A stretch of 44,411 nt of DNA, from contig CP070794.1 in NCBI GenBank assembly GCA_020343435.1, forward strand, positions 33,891-78,301, read 5' to 3'. The notes under the pieces are model-generated. The model made no database searches. It saw only the letters and a program-made list of their open reading frames with translations, and had not been told where the DNA came from. Source of the DNA: an archaeon (lineage in GTDB: Archaea > Nanobdellota > Nanobdellia > Pacearchaeales > UBA284). Shown piece by piece: positions 9,553 through 18,577 of this stretch. A program made the translations under genes and the position numbers. Position 1 is the stretch's first letter. Each line of letters begins with the position of its first letter.

Positions 9553-9714
9553 ATGGCAAAATGCACTTTTTGTAGAAAAGAGGCTGAACAAGGTAGAGGA
9601 ATTTATTTTGTTACAGATGATGGTAAGACTTTCTACTTTTGTTCTAGTAAATGTAGAAGAAACTTTAAGTTAGGAAGAAAAGCTAGAAAGATTAAGTGGG
9701 CAAGAAGTAAATAA
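9553..9714 (+). CDS. rpl24e: 50S ribosomal protein L24e (missed by ORF track)
   Basis: MAKCTFCRKEAEQGRGIYFVTDDGKTFYFCSSKCRRNFKLGRKARKIKWARSK; CxxC...FCSSKC zinc motif in the canonical position after rps28e. Confidence 0.95.
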   Translation: MAKCTFCRKEAEQGRGIYFVTDDGKTFYFCSSKCRRNFKLGRKARKIKWARSK

Positions 9715-9761
9715 GATTTAAATATTAAGATTTTCTAATAGTATTAAGAAAAGAGGTAAGA

Positions 9762-11327
9762 ATGTTAAAGAATCCCCCTAGTCCATCAAAGAATCCTAAA
9801 GTTCCTAAACCAGATCATCCTGTTATTAATCTAGCTCCTGTTTTCCCTGTTCTACCTAGAGTTAAAAATAAAGAATCAATTAATGTTAGATATGCTCTAA
9901 TTTCCCCTTATGTTTCTGCTCATATATTCTGGAATCCTGAAATTGGAGAATTGGTTTATGAGATAGAGGAACCAATTTTAAAAGATAATGAAAAGAAACT
10001 ACTAGAAGAATTAAAGACAGGTATGATAGAAATGATTAATTTATCAACTGTTGAAACATCTCAAGAAGGAGTTTTAAATTATATTGATAAAACAGCAAAA
10101 GTGATTCTTTCTGAAATGGGGATTGGATTAAGTAAAGAAGTTTATTCAAAAATATTCTATTATCTTTACAGAGATTTTGTTGGTTTAAACCAAATAGAAC
10201 CATTAATGAAAGATATGTTTATTGAGGATATAGAATGTAATGGGGTTAGTTCTAATATTTATATTGTTCATAGGTTATATAGAAACCTAAGAACAAACAT
10301 TGTGTTTAAAGATATAGATGTATTGGCCAGCTTTGTAGAAAAACTTGCTCAAAGGAGTGGGAAATATGTTTCATATGCTACTCCTTTACTTGATAGTTCT
10401 TTACCTGATGGATCTAGAGTTAATGCAACTTACACAAAAGATATTTCCAGTAAAGGCCCAACCTTTACTATAAGAAAATTTACAAAAGTGCCTTTAACTC
10501 CAACCCAATTATTAAAATTAAAAACATTAAGTCCAGAAATGTTAGCTTATTTCTGGTTATTAATTCAGTATAAAAGTAATCTTCTAATCACTGGGGGAAC
10601 AGGTTCAGGAAAAACTACTTTGTTAAATGCTCTAGCTTTTTTTATTCCTCCTGAAGCAAGAGTTGTTTCAATTGAAGATACTAGAGAATTGAATTTATTA
10701 CATGAGAACTGGCTTCCATCAGTGGCAAGGACAGGAATTTCAGGTTCAGGAGAAGTTGATTTATTTACATTATTAAAAGAATCTTTTAGACAAAATCCAG
10801 ATTATGTTATTGTTGGTGAAGTTAGAGGAAAAGAAGCTTATGTTTTATTTCAAGGAATGGCTTCAGGACATCCTTCTTTAAGTACAATCCATGCAGATTC
10901 TGTTGAAAGTGTTATAAAAAGATTAGAAACCCAACCAATTAATTTAAGTCCAACTTTAGTTAATACTTTAGATGCATTGGGAGTTATGGCTCATGCAAAA
11001 GTTAAAGGTCATGATACAAGAAAATTAAGAGAGATCTTTGAAGTAATAGATGTTCCTTCTGAAGGTAAAGCTGAAACAAGTATTCCTTTTTCATGGGATG
11101 CCTCTTCAGATAGTTTTAATGTTGGAGAGAAAAGTAAAGTTTTTGAGAAAATAAGTAAAAGATATGGTTTATCTTTTGAACAATTAGAAGAAGAATTAAG
11201 TCAAAGAACCAGGTTGTTATCTGTTTTATTAGGGAAAAAAGTATTTGATTTTGAAAAAATACAAAGAATTATTAATGATTATTATAAAAATCCTGAAAAG
11301 GTTTTAAGAGAATATCTTGAAGAATGA
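9762..11327 (+). CDS. Type IV pilus/Tad secretion ATPase (CpaF/TadA/ArlI family)
   Basis: Walker A GGTGSGKTT, SIEDTREL, RQNPDYVIVGEVRG, His box GH...TIHA. Confidence 0.93.
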   Translation: MLKNPPSPSKNPKVPKPDHPVINLAPVFPVLPRVKNKESINVRYALISPYVSAHIFWNPEIGELVYEIEEPILKDNEKKLLEELKTGMIEMINLSTVETSQEGVLNYIDKTAKVILSEMGIGLSKEVYSKIFYYLYRDFVGLNQIEPLMKDMFIEDIECNGVSSNIYIVHRLYRNLRTNIVFKDIDVLASFVEKLAQRSGKYVSYATPLLDSSLPDGSRVNATYTKDISSKGPTFTIRKFTKVPLTPTQLLKLKTLSPEMLAYFWLLIQYKSNLLITGGTGSGKTTLLNALAFFIPPEARVVSIEDTRELNLLHENWLPSVARTGISGSGEVDLFTLLKESFRQNPDYVIVGEVRGKEAYVLFQGMASGHPSLSTIHADSVESVIKRLETQPINLSPTLVNTLDALGVMAHAKVKGHDTRKLREIFEVIDVPSEGKAETSIPFSWDASSDSFNVGEKSKVFEKISKRYGLSFEQLEEELSQRTRLLSVLLGKKVFDFEKIQRIINDYYKNPEKVLREYLEE

Positions 11328-11455
11328 AACAAAAATTATTCTTTTTAATGCAGTTGTTAACTACTTTAGAAAAAGAGCTTAGTTTAAAGTATCCAGATAA
11401 GAAAAAAACACAAGATATTCAAAGAGAAATTAAAAAAATTCAATCAGAGTTATAA
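11324..11455 (+). CDS. 43-aa peptide translationally coupled inside the pilus operon; not in ORF track
   Basis: MKQKLFFLMQLLTTLEKELSLKYPDKKKTQDIQREIKKIQSEL. ATGA overlap with the ATPase stop and TAATG overlap with the next start fill the gap exactly. Confidence 0.7.
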   Translation: MKQKLFFLMQLLTTLEKELSLKYPDKKKTQDIQREIKKIQSEL

Positions 11456-12666
11456 TGGCAGTTGATGTTTTAGCAAATATTAGAAAAGAGAAAGAAATTG
11501 TTAAAGAGTTAATCAAAATCTATCACTCTTATTCTGATATGGAAGAAACTGAACAAGCTTTTATGAAATTAGCTGCTCATTCTTTGATTAATGAATTAAA
11601 GATGTTATCTGAATCTGTTTCTAGTATGTTAATTAGAGAAGTTCCTAAACCTGTAGGATACCATAAAGTCTCCACTCCTACAGGGGTTGTTTATGTTGAT
11701 AAAAAAATGAAAAAGAGATTTATGCAAGAAACAGGAGTTAGCGATAAGATTTTGGGCAAATTAAAAAGAAAGAGAAAATTAAAACAATCTGCTCCCGCTT
11801 TTAAAAGACCTTCATTTTTCTCAACATTTGCATCCAATGTTTTTCGTAAGTTTTCTTCTAATTTATTAGATTCAGGAATGTTTCAAAGTCTTAAAGTTAA
11901 TCTGAAAAGAGCTAATATGAATTATCTAGCTTCTTCTTATTTATCTTTGACTTTTTTAATTAGTTTTATTGTTTTGATAATATCTTTAGCTATTGGAATT
12001 GGATTATCTGATCCTTCTACTTTAGGAAGAAACATCATAATTGTGATCTTAGTGACAATTGCGACTTTTTTCTTTACTGTAAATTATCCTGGGATTTCTG
12101 CTTCATCTGTAAAAAAGAGATTAGAGGATGAATTACCTTTTGCAATCTCACATATGTCTGCTATTGCATCAAGCAGAGTTGAGCCATCTAAGATCTTTCC
12201 AATTATGGCTAAAGTAAAAGATTATCCTTTATTTGCAAGAGAAGCTAAGAAAATAGTTAATCAGATGAATGTTTATGGTTATGATTTTGTTAATGCTTTA
12301 AAGAATTCTGCAAAAATGTCTCCAAGTGAAAAATTAGAAGAATTATTTAATGGAATTGCTACAAATACTGTTACTGGTGGAAGTTTGGTTAAGTATTTGG
12401 AAGAAAAAGCAAAAGATTCTTTAGTTGATTATAGATTAGCAAGACAAAAATACGGTGAAGTTGTAGGAATGTTATCTGATATCTATACAGCATTACTAAT
12501 TGCTGCTCCTTTAATTTTAATGTTAATATTGGCTATTATGAGTGTTGTTGGTTCTAGTTTCATTGGAATGAGTGTTACTAGTTTAGCAACTCTTGGGTTA
12601 GCCATCATCATAGTATTGAATATCATCTTTTTGATTTTCATACACATCACACAACCTAAAAAATAA
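11455..12666 (+). CDS. T2SSF family pilus platform protein (TadC/ArlJ-like)
   Basis: ELPFAISHM, SPSEKLEELF, multiple TM helices; follows the pilus ATPase. Confidence 0.88.
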   Translation: MAVDVLANIRKEKEIVKELIKIYHSYSDMEETEQAFMKLAAHSLINELKMLSESVSSMLIREVPKPVGYHKVSTPTGVVYVDKKMKKRFMQETGVSDKILGKLKRKRKLKQSAPAFKRPSFFSTFASNVFRKFSSNLLDSGMFQSLKVNLKRANMNYLASSYLSLTFLISFIVLIISLAIGIGLSDPSTLGRNIIIVILVTIATFFFTVNYPGISASSVKKRLEDELPFAISHMSAIASSRVEPSKIFPIMAKVKDYPLFAREAKKIVNQMNVYGYDFVNALKNSAKMSPSEKLEELFNGIATNTVTGGSLVKYLEEKAKDSLVDYRLARQKYGEVVGMLSDIYTALLIAAPLILMLILAIMSVVGSSFIGMSVTSLATLGLAIIIVLNIIFLIFIHITQPKK

Positions 12667-12667
12667 A

Positions 12668-13174
12668 ATGAATATACAAATCAGACCAATTGAAAAGAAA
12701 GAACTTGGTTTAGTTAATTTAAAACTTCCTCAAGAATCTCCCTCTCTTCATAGAAGAAGATTTAAAGAACAAGAAAAAGGAAATGTAGTTTATCTGATTG
12801 CTTGGAATAATAAAACCCCTATTGGGCACTTGCTTGTGCGTTTTAATGGAGCAAGATACAAGAAAGTTAAGAAATATCTAAAGAAATGCCCACATTTAGA
12901 ATCCTTGGGGGTTGGGAAAAAAGTTAGGAGAAAAGGAATTGCTACTAAGATAGTTAGAAAAGCTGAGAATATGCTAAAGAGAAAAAAGTTTGGAAAAGTT
13001 GGATTAGCTGTAGAAGATAATCCAAAATCTGCTCCAAATATTTTGTATAAAAAAATAGGATACAAGGACTGGGGCCATGGAAATGTGATAGATATATGGT
13101 CTTTTGTTAATAAAAGAGGAAAGAAAATCACCAGACGCGAAAAGTGCGTTTACTTAATAAAAAATTTAAAATAA
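12668..13174 (+). CDS. GNAT family N-acetyltransferase
   Basis: V...RRKGIAT (motif A), LYKKIGY (motif B). Confidence 0.85.
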   Translation: MNIQIRPIEKKELGLVNLKLPQESPSLHRRRFKEQEKGNVVYLIAWNNKTPIGHLLVRFNGARYKKVKKYLKKCPHLESLGVGKKVRRKGIATKIVRKAENMLKRKKFGKVGLAVEDNPKSAPNILYKKIGYKDWGHGNVIDIWSFVNKRGKKITRREKCVYLIKNLK

Positions 13175-13175
13175 A

Positions 13176-13985
13176 ATGGGAAAATCAGTAGCTGTTATCA
13201 TAGGAATTGTAATAATTGTAGCTAGCTTAATCCTAATTCCTTCTCTAGCTTACCTTTTAGTTGCTTTGGGAGTTATTATCATTGTTCTACCTTTTGTTAT
13301 GTCTTATCTTGTTTCTGTAAGAAGAGAAAAAGAGAAAGAGAGTAAATTCTTGGAATTTATAAGAGAACTTGCTGAGAGTGTAAGATCTGGAACACCTATT
13401 GGAAAAAGTATTTTAGCAGTCTCAAGAAAAGATTTAGGAAGTTTAACTCCTCATGTTCAAAAATTAGCTAATCAGATCTCTTTTGGAATAACTTTAAAAC
13501 AAGCACTAAGGACCTTTGCTAAAGATACAAGAAGTGAGGTTATATCTAGAACAGTAGAATTAATAATACAAGCTGAATCTTCTGGAGGAAATATTGGTTC
13601 TGCTTTAACAGCAGCTGTAAAATCTGTATCTCAGATAGAAAAGTTAAGAAAAGAGAGAAAAGCTCAAGTTTATGGGATGATGATTCAGGGCTATGTTATA
13701 TTCTTTATATTTGTCGCTATTATGCTCTTTGTTCAAATTAAGTTCTTACCTTTAATTTCTTCAGCAATGTTGGGTTCTGGAAGCGTAGCAGGGTTAAGTT
13801 TACAAGGGACAGCATTTAATGTAATTAAAAATACCTTTATTTACCTGTTATTAATCCAGGCCTTCTTTGCTGGTCTGGTTATAGGAAAGCTTTCAGAAGG
13901 TTCTATGAAGCATGGGATTAAGCATTCAGTTATCTTAGTTGTGATATCTTATGTGCTTGTTGCTATTTCTAAAGTACTAGTATAA
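13176..13985 (+). CDS. T2SSF family pilus platform protein (TadB/C-like)
   Basis: F.REL....RSG, SGG.I, GL.IGK.SEG....G.KH motif, TM helices. Confidence 0.88.
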   Translation: MGKSVAVIIGIVIIVASLILIPSLAYLLVALGVIIIVLPFVMSYLVSVRREKEKESKFLEFIRELAESVRSGTPIGKSILAVSRKDLGSLTPHVQKLANQISFGITLKQALRTFAKDTRSEVISRTVELIIQAESSGGNIGSALTAAVKSVSQIEKLRKERKAQVYGMMIQGYVIFFIFVAIMLFVQIKFLPLISSAMLGSGSVAGLSLQGTAFNVIKNTFIYLLLIQAFFAGLVIGKLSEGSMKHGIKHSVILVVISYVLVAISKVLV

Positions 13986-14024
13986 GCTAGAAATCTTTAT
14001 ATAAAACTAGTTTATTAAATTAAA

Positions 14025-14975
14025 ATGGCAGATATTTCGGTATGGACAGAAAAGTATAGGCCTCAGAAATTTGAGGATTTAGAAGGCCAGAAGCAGATTA
14101 TTAAGAGGGTTAAGGCTTTTGTTGAAGCTAAAAACATGCCTCATTTGCTTTTTGCAGGGCCAGCAGGATCAGGAAAAACCACTTTAGCTCTAATTGTAGC
14201 TAAGACATTATTTGGGGATAGCTGGAGAGATAATTTTCTTGAATTAAATGCTTCTGATGAAAGGGGAATTGATGTTGTTAGGCAAAAAGTTAAGTCTTTT
14301 GCAAGAACTAGAGCATTTTCAGGGGATTTTAAGATCATATTTTTAGATGAAGCAGATGCTCTAACAAGAGATGCTCAACAAGCCCTCAGAAGAACAATGG
14401 AGCAATTTACACAAACTTGTAGGTTTATTTTATCATGTAATTATTCTTCTAAAATAATAGATCCTATCCAGAGTAGATGTGCTATTTTTAGATTTAAGAA
14501 TAGAGAACAAGAAGATCTAAAAAATGCTGTAGAAAAAATAGCTAAAGAAGAGAAATTAAAGATTAATGATAAAGCTATTGAAGCTTTATTTGATGTTTCA
14601 CAAGGAGATCTAAGAAAAGTAATGAATGTTCTACAAGCATCTGCTATGATTGATAAAGATATTAATGATAAACTGGTTTATGAAACAGTTGCTGAGACAA
14701 GACCACAAGATGTTCAGAAGATATTACAATTAGCTATACAAGGAAAGTTCCAGGATTCTAGGAACTTTTTATTAGATATGATCTTAAAACAAGGATTATC
14801 AAGTTTAGATGTTGTTAAGTCTATTCAAAAAGAATTATGGAATTTAAAGATAAGTGATGAAGCAAAAATAGATATGGTTCAGAAATGTGCTGAGATTGAA
14901 TTTAGATTAGTAGAAGGTTCTGATTCTTTTATACAATTAGAAGCATTATTAGCTAGTTTTTATGGTAAAAAATGA
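14025..14975 (+). CDS. rfcS: Replication factor C small subunit
   Basis: WTEKYRP, GPAGSGKTT, ELNASDERG, LDEAD, SRC; no intein. Confidence 0.97.
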   Translation: MADISVWTEKYRPQKFEDLEGQKQIIKRVKAFVEAKNMPHLLFAGPAGSGKTTLALIVAKTLFGDSWRDNFLELNASDERGIDVVRQKVKSFARTRAFSGDFKIIFLDEADALTRDAQQALRRTMEQFTQTCRFILSCNYSSKIIDPIQSRCAIFRFKNREQEDLKNAVEKIAKEEKLKINDKAIEALFDVSQGDLRKVMNVLQASAMIDKDINDKLVYETVAETRPQDVQKILQLAIQGKFQDSRNFLLDMILKQGLSSLDVVKSIQKELWNLKISDEAKIDMVQKCAEIEFRLVEGSDSFIQLEALLASFYGKK

Positions 14976-15397
14976 AGATATTCATAGCATGCAGTAAGCA
15001 CTTTTATGATAAAGTACTCCCAATTAAGGAAGAGCTGGAAAAAAATGGGCATCAAATAGCCTTCCCCAATAATTTTGAAGATCCATTTATAGAAGAACGA
15101 TTGAAAGGGGAGGATAATAAAAAACACCGTGAATGGAAAGCAGGAATGTTGCTTAAAGATAAGACAAATTTAGAACCTGTTGACGCTATTTTAGTATTAA
15201 ACTTTGAGAAAAATGGAGAACCAAACTATATCGGTGGGGCCACTTTTTTGGAGGCCTATAAAGCATGGGAATTAAATAAAAAGATATTCTTATTTAATGA
15301 TATCCCTAATAATATATTCAAAGACGAATTAGAGGGACTTAACCCAGTTATACTCAAAGGGGACCTATCTAAAATAAAAAATGATACCTTGGACTGA
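14972..15397 (+). CDS. Nucleoside 2-deoxyribosyltransferase-like (flavodoxin-like fold) protein
   Basis: MKIFIACS, DAILVLN, YIGG.TFLE (Glu like the NDT nucleophile). Function is inferred. Confidence 0.6.
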   Translation: MKIFIACSKHFYDKVLPIKEELEKNGHQIAFPNNFEDPFIEERLKGEDNKKHREWKAGMLLKDKTNLEPVDAILVLNFEKNGEPNYIGGATFLEAYKAWELNKKIFLFNDIPNNIFKDELEGLNPVILKGDLSKIKNDTLD

Positions 15398-16571
15398 AAA
15401 ATATAGGCCAACCAAACTTTCAGAAGTTTATGGTCAAGATAAAGCAAAAGCATTAGCTTTAGATTTTGTTAAAAACTTTAAAAATCAGAGAAAAAAAGGA
15501 TTATTATTTTATGGACAATCTGGAACAGGTAAAACTGCTTTAGTTTATGCTTTAGCAAATGAATTGGGATTAGAAATCCTAGAATTAAATGCATCAGATT
15601 TTAGAAATAAACAACAGATTAAAGATATAGTTGGAAGAGCTTTAGGACAGAGAAGTTTATTTTCTTCTGGAAAGATTATTTTAATAGATGAATTAGATGG
15701 GGTTTCAGGGACTAAAGATAGGGGGGGATTAAGAGAATTAATAAGATTTATTTCAGATTCAAAATATCCAATATTCTTAGTTTGCAATGATTTCTGGTCT
15801 CAAAAACTAAGACCCTTAAGAACAAAGATTCAGAAACTTGAATTCAAACCTTTAGATTTATTAGCTGTTAGGAGAATTATTTTTAAGATCTCAAAAAATG
15901 AAGGATTTTCAGTAACTGAACAAGCTTTAATCAAATTATTTCAATTAACTAAAGGAGATGTTAGAGCTTTAATCAATGATCTACAGTGTTTATCAAGTAT
16001 TACTAATAAAATTACTGAAAAAGAATTAGAATCTTTAGATTTAAGAGAGAAAACTCAAGAGATTTTTCAAGCTATAAAAAAAGTATTACAAACAAGAGAT
16101 GCTTTAGGAGCTTTTAATAATCTAAATTTTAATTTTGATGAATTATTTTTATGGTTAGATGAGAATCTTCCTTTAATTTATCATGGAAAAGAATTAGCAA
16201 AAGCTTATGATGTGTTAAGTTTAGCTGATATATACAAAAGAAGGATTGGAAGGAGACAACATTGGAGATTTTTATCTTATATTGATACTCTATTATCTCA
16301 TGGAATTGCTGTTTGTAAAGCTAGAGAAAAACCAGGATTCATTAAATACAATAATCCTACAAGAATTCTTAAATTATGGATGGCTAAACAAAGGAATTTG
16401 AAGAAAAAAGAGATTGCTATTAAACTGGCTAAAAAAACTCACTGCTCTGTTAAACAAGCTATGAAAGATCTAGATTTCTTAAGACATGGATTAAGGAGTG
16501 ATGAGAATTTTAGAGAAAATTTTGTTTCTGAATTAAGATTAAAAGATGAACAAGATTGGATTAAAAAGTGA
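15381..16571 (+). CDS. rfcL: Replication factor C large subunit
   Basis: PWTEKYRP, GQSGTGKT, ELNASDFR, IDELD, GDVR, W.DEN. Confidence 0.95.
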   Translation: MIPWTEKYRPTKLSEVYGQDKAKALALDFVKNFKNQRKKGLLFYGQSGTGKTALVYALANELGLEILELNASDFRNKQQIKDIVGRALGQRSLFSSGKIILIDELDGVSGTKDRGGLRELIRFISDSKYPIFLVCNDFWSQKLRPLRTKIQKLEFKPLDLLAVRRIIFKISKNEGFSVTEQALIKLFQLTKGDVRALINDLQCLSSITNKITEKELESLDLREKTQEIFQAIKKVLQTRDALGAFNNLNFNFDELFLWLDENLPLIYHGKELAKAYDVLSLADIYKRRIGRRQHWRFLSYIDTLLSHGIAVCKAREKPGFIKYNNPTRILKLWMAKQRNLKKKEIAIKLAKKTHCSVKQAMKDLDFLRHGLRSDENFRENFVSELRLKDEQDWIKK

Positions 16572-16618
16572 TATTAGCGCATATAAATCCTTTTATATTG
16601 TAATTTATTGATAAAAAA

Positions 16619-17896
16619 ATGGTATTACCTCAGCTTCCAACATGGATAGTATACCCTATTTTAGCTATAGGTTTTTTCATAGCATTCTTCTATTTTTTCA
16701 TACTTTTAGAAGGGAAGAAAATACACCCAAGATTAAGAAATTATTTTCCAGAAATAGCGTTTGTTATACCTGCAAGAGATGTTGAGAAGTATATAGAAAA
16801 AACAATAAAACATGTTTTAAATCAAACATACAAATCAAAGATATACATTGTTGTAGTTAATGATGCAAGTAAAGATAAAACACCAGATATTGTGAAAAAA
16901 TTAGCTAGACAGTTTAATTCTAGATTGGGAAAAATCATATTACTTAATAGGAAAAAGAGCATAGATAGAAAAGCAGCTGCTGTAAATACTGGATTAAGAT
17001 ATATCTTAAAGAATCTAAAAAAAGTAGAGGTCATAGCTCCTTTAGATGCAGATACTTTTATTGATAAAGATATTATAACAAAAGCTTTAGCTTATTTTGA
17101 GTCAGATCCACATGTTGGAGCTGTTGTTTGTCCTTTATATCCTTACAACAAAAAATCTTTCTTAGAAAAAATGCAGTATGTGGAGTATATTATGTCTATG
17201 TTCTATAGAAAATTATTACATCAAGCAAATTCCTTATGTTTTACTCCTGCTTTTTCAATATTCAGAGCAAAATTCTTTAGAGAAGCAGGATTATTTAGTG
17301 AAAATACATGGACAGAAGATTTTGATGTTGCTTTAAGAGTTAGGAGACATTTCTATAAAATAGCTGAAGTTGATAGCAAAGCAGAATTTGTTGCTCCAGA
17401 AACTCTTGGAAAATTAAGAAAAGAAAGAATAAGATGGGCTCATGGAACTTGGCAAGCTTTATTCAAAGATCATTCAGATATGATTTCTCCAAAATATGGA
17501 ACTGTTGGTACCTTTTTCTTACCAGTAACAGTCTTATTAGGGACTTTGTTGATTGTGGCTGGTTTGATAATTTTAATTTATGGAATCATTGCAGGATTAA
17601 GTTGGGTTATTCATAATTTTAGTATTGGTTGGGAACCATTATTGAGATTTAAATTAACGTTCTTTGATATTTCTGTATTGTTTTCAGATCCTAGATTAAT
17701 CTTAGCTTTGGTTGCTATTTTAGTCTCAGTAATCTTTTTAGTATATGCTCAAAAATTATGTAAGAGAAAGATTAATTTACTTTATTTCTTCTTATTTTTC
17801 ATACCTTATGCATGGTTTTTAGCGTATGCAAACCTTGAAGGATTGATAAGATATATTTTTAAACTAAAGATGGGTTGGGGTCGTATGCACAAATGA
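16619..17896 (+). CDS. Processive membrane GT2 glycosyltransferase (cellulose synthase/IcaA-like)
   Basis: ND.S.D, KA.A.N, DAD, TED, ERIRW (QxxRW variant); N- and C-terminal TM helices. Confidence 0.88.
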   Translation: MVLPQLPTWIVYPILAIGFFIAFFYFFILLEGKKIHPRLRNYFPEIAFVIPARDVEKYIEKTIKHVLNQTYKSKIYIVVVNDASKDKTPDIVKKLARQFNSRLGKIILLNRKKSIDRKAAAVNTGLRYILKNLKKVEVIAPLDADTFIDKDIITKALAYFESDPHVGAVVCPLYPYNKKSFLEKMQYVEYIMSMFYRKLLHQANSLCFTPAFSIFRAKFFREAGLFSENTWTEDFDVALRVRRHFYKIAEVDSKAEFVAPETLGKLRKERIRWAHGTWQALFKDHSDMISPKYGTVGTFFLPVTVLLGTLLIVAGLIILIYGIIAGLSWVIHNFSIGWEPLLRFKLTFFDISVLFSDPRLILALVAILVSVIFLVYAQKLCKRKINLLYFFLFFIPYAWFLAYANLEGLIRYIFKLKMGWGRMHK

Positions 17897-18576
17897 AAAA
17901 ACAAAGGATGAAACAAACATTAAAAGAAGGAAAAAGAGCTAATAAACTACTAATTGCTGCAGTAGTTGCAGTGGTTGTTGTTCTACTTTTAGGATTATTA
18001 TTAGGTAATCAGTTAGCTACATCTAGATTAGAAGAATTCAAAGATGTTGAAGAAATGTTACTAATCCAACTAATTTCTTTAGAATTTAGAGAGGATCTTA
18101 TAGAGGATGTATGTGCTCTAGAATGGAAAGATATCTGGGAACAAAAAGCAGAACTTGGAAGCATGTTAACTGCTTTAGAAAGGAGATTGGGAAGGGATAG
18201 TCCAAAATTAACAACTAAAAGGGAGATTTATGAATTAATTGAAATTAAAACTATAGAACTTTTAGAAAGAATTAGAACAGAGTGTCATGAAGATTTCAGT
18301 ATAATCTTATTATTTTTCACAAATAAGAAAAATGATCCTTTAGGAAGCGCAGCTGGTTCTGCTGATCAGGGATTAATCTTAGACCAAGTTTATTTCAAAC
18401 ATAATGAACAGAATTATGGCAGAAAAGTTTACATCTTTGTTTTTGATATAAACTCTAAGAATTCTGCTTCAGTTGCTCTAAGAAATAAGTATGAGATCAA
18501 AGAAGCACCTTCTCTAGTAATAGATGGTGAAACTTATGGTTATTTAGTTGAAGACGAAATTGAAGAATTGATTTAA
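17893..18576 (+). CDS. Membrane-anchored protein with C-terminal thioredoxin-like fold lacking CxxC
   Basis: N-terminal TM helix; KYEIKEAPSLVIDG cis-Pro motif; GSAAGSADQG at the CxxC position. Start ATG 17893 overlaps the GT2 stop. Confidence 0.65.
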   Translation: MKKQRMKQTLKEGKRANKLLIAAVVAVVVVLLLGLLLGNQLATSRLEEFKDVEEMLLIQLISLEFREDLIEDVCALEWKDIWEQKAELGSMLTALERRLGRDSPKLTTKREIYELIEIKTIELLERIRTECHEDFSIILLFFTNKKNDPLGSAAGSADQGLILDQVYFKHNEQNYGRKVYIFVFDINSKNSASVALRNKYEIKEAPSLVIDGETYGYLVEDEIEELI

Positions 18577-18577
18577 G

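Noticed and set aside
12668-13174. GNAT genes as toxin-antitoxin toxins
   Set aside because: No adjacent RHH/DUF1778-like antitoxin for either GNAT.
9762-13985. Archaellum operon
   Set aside because: No archaellins or ArlF/G/H in the window; two separate platform genes fit a Tad-type pilus.
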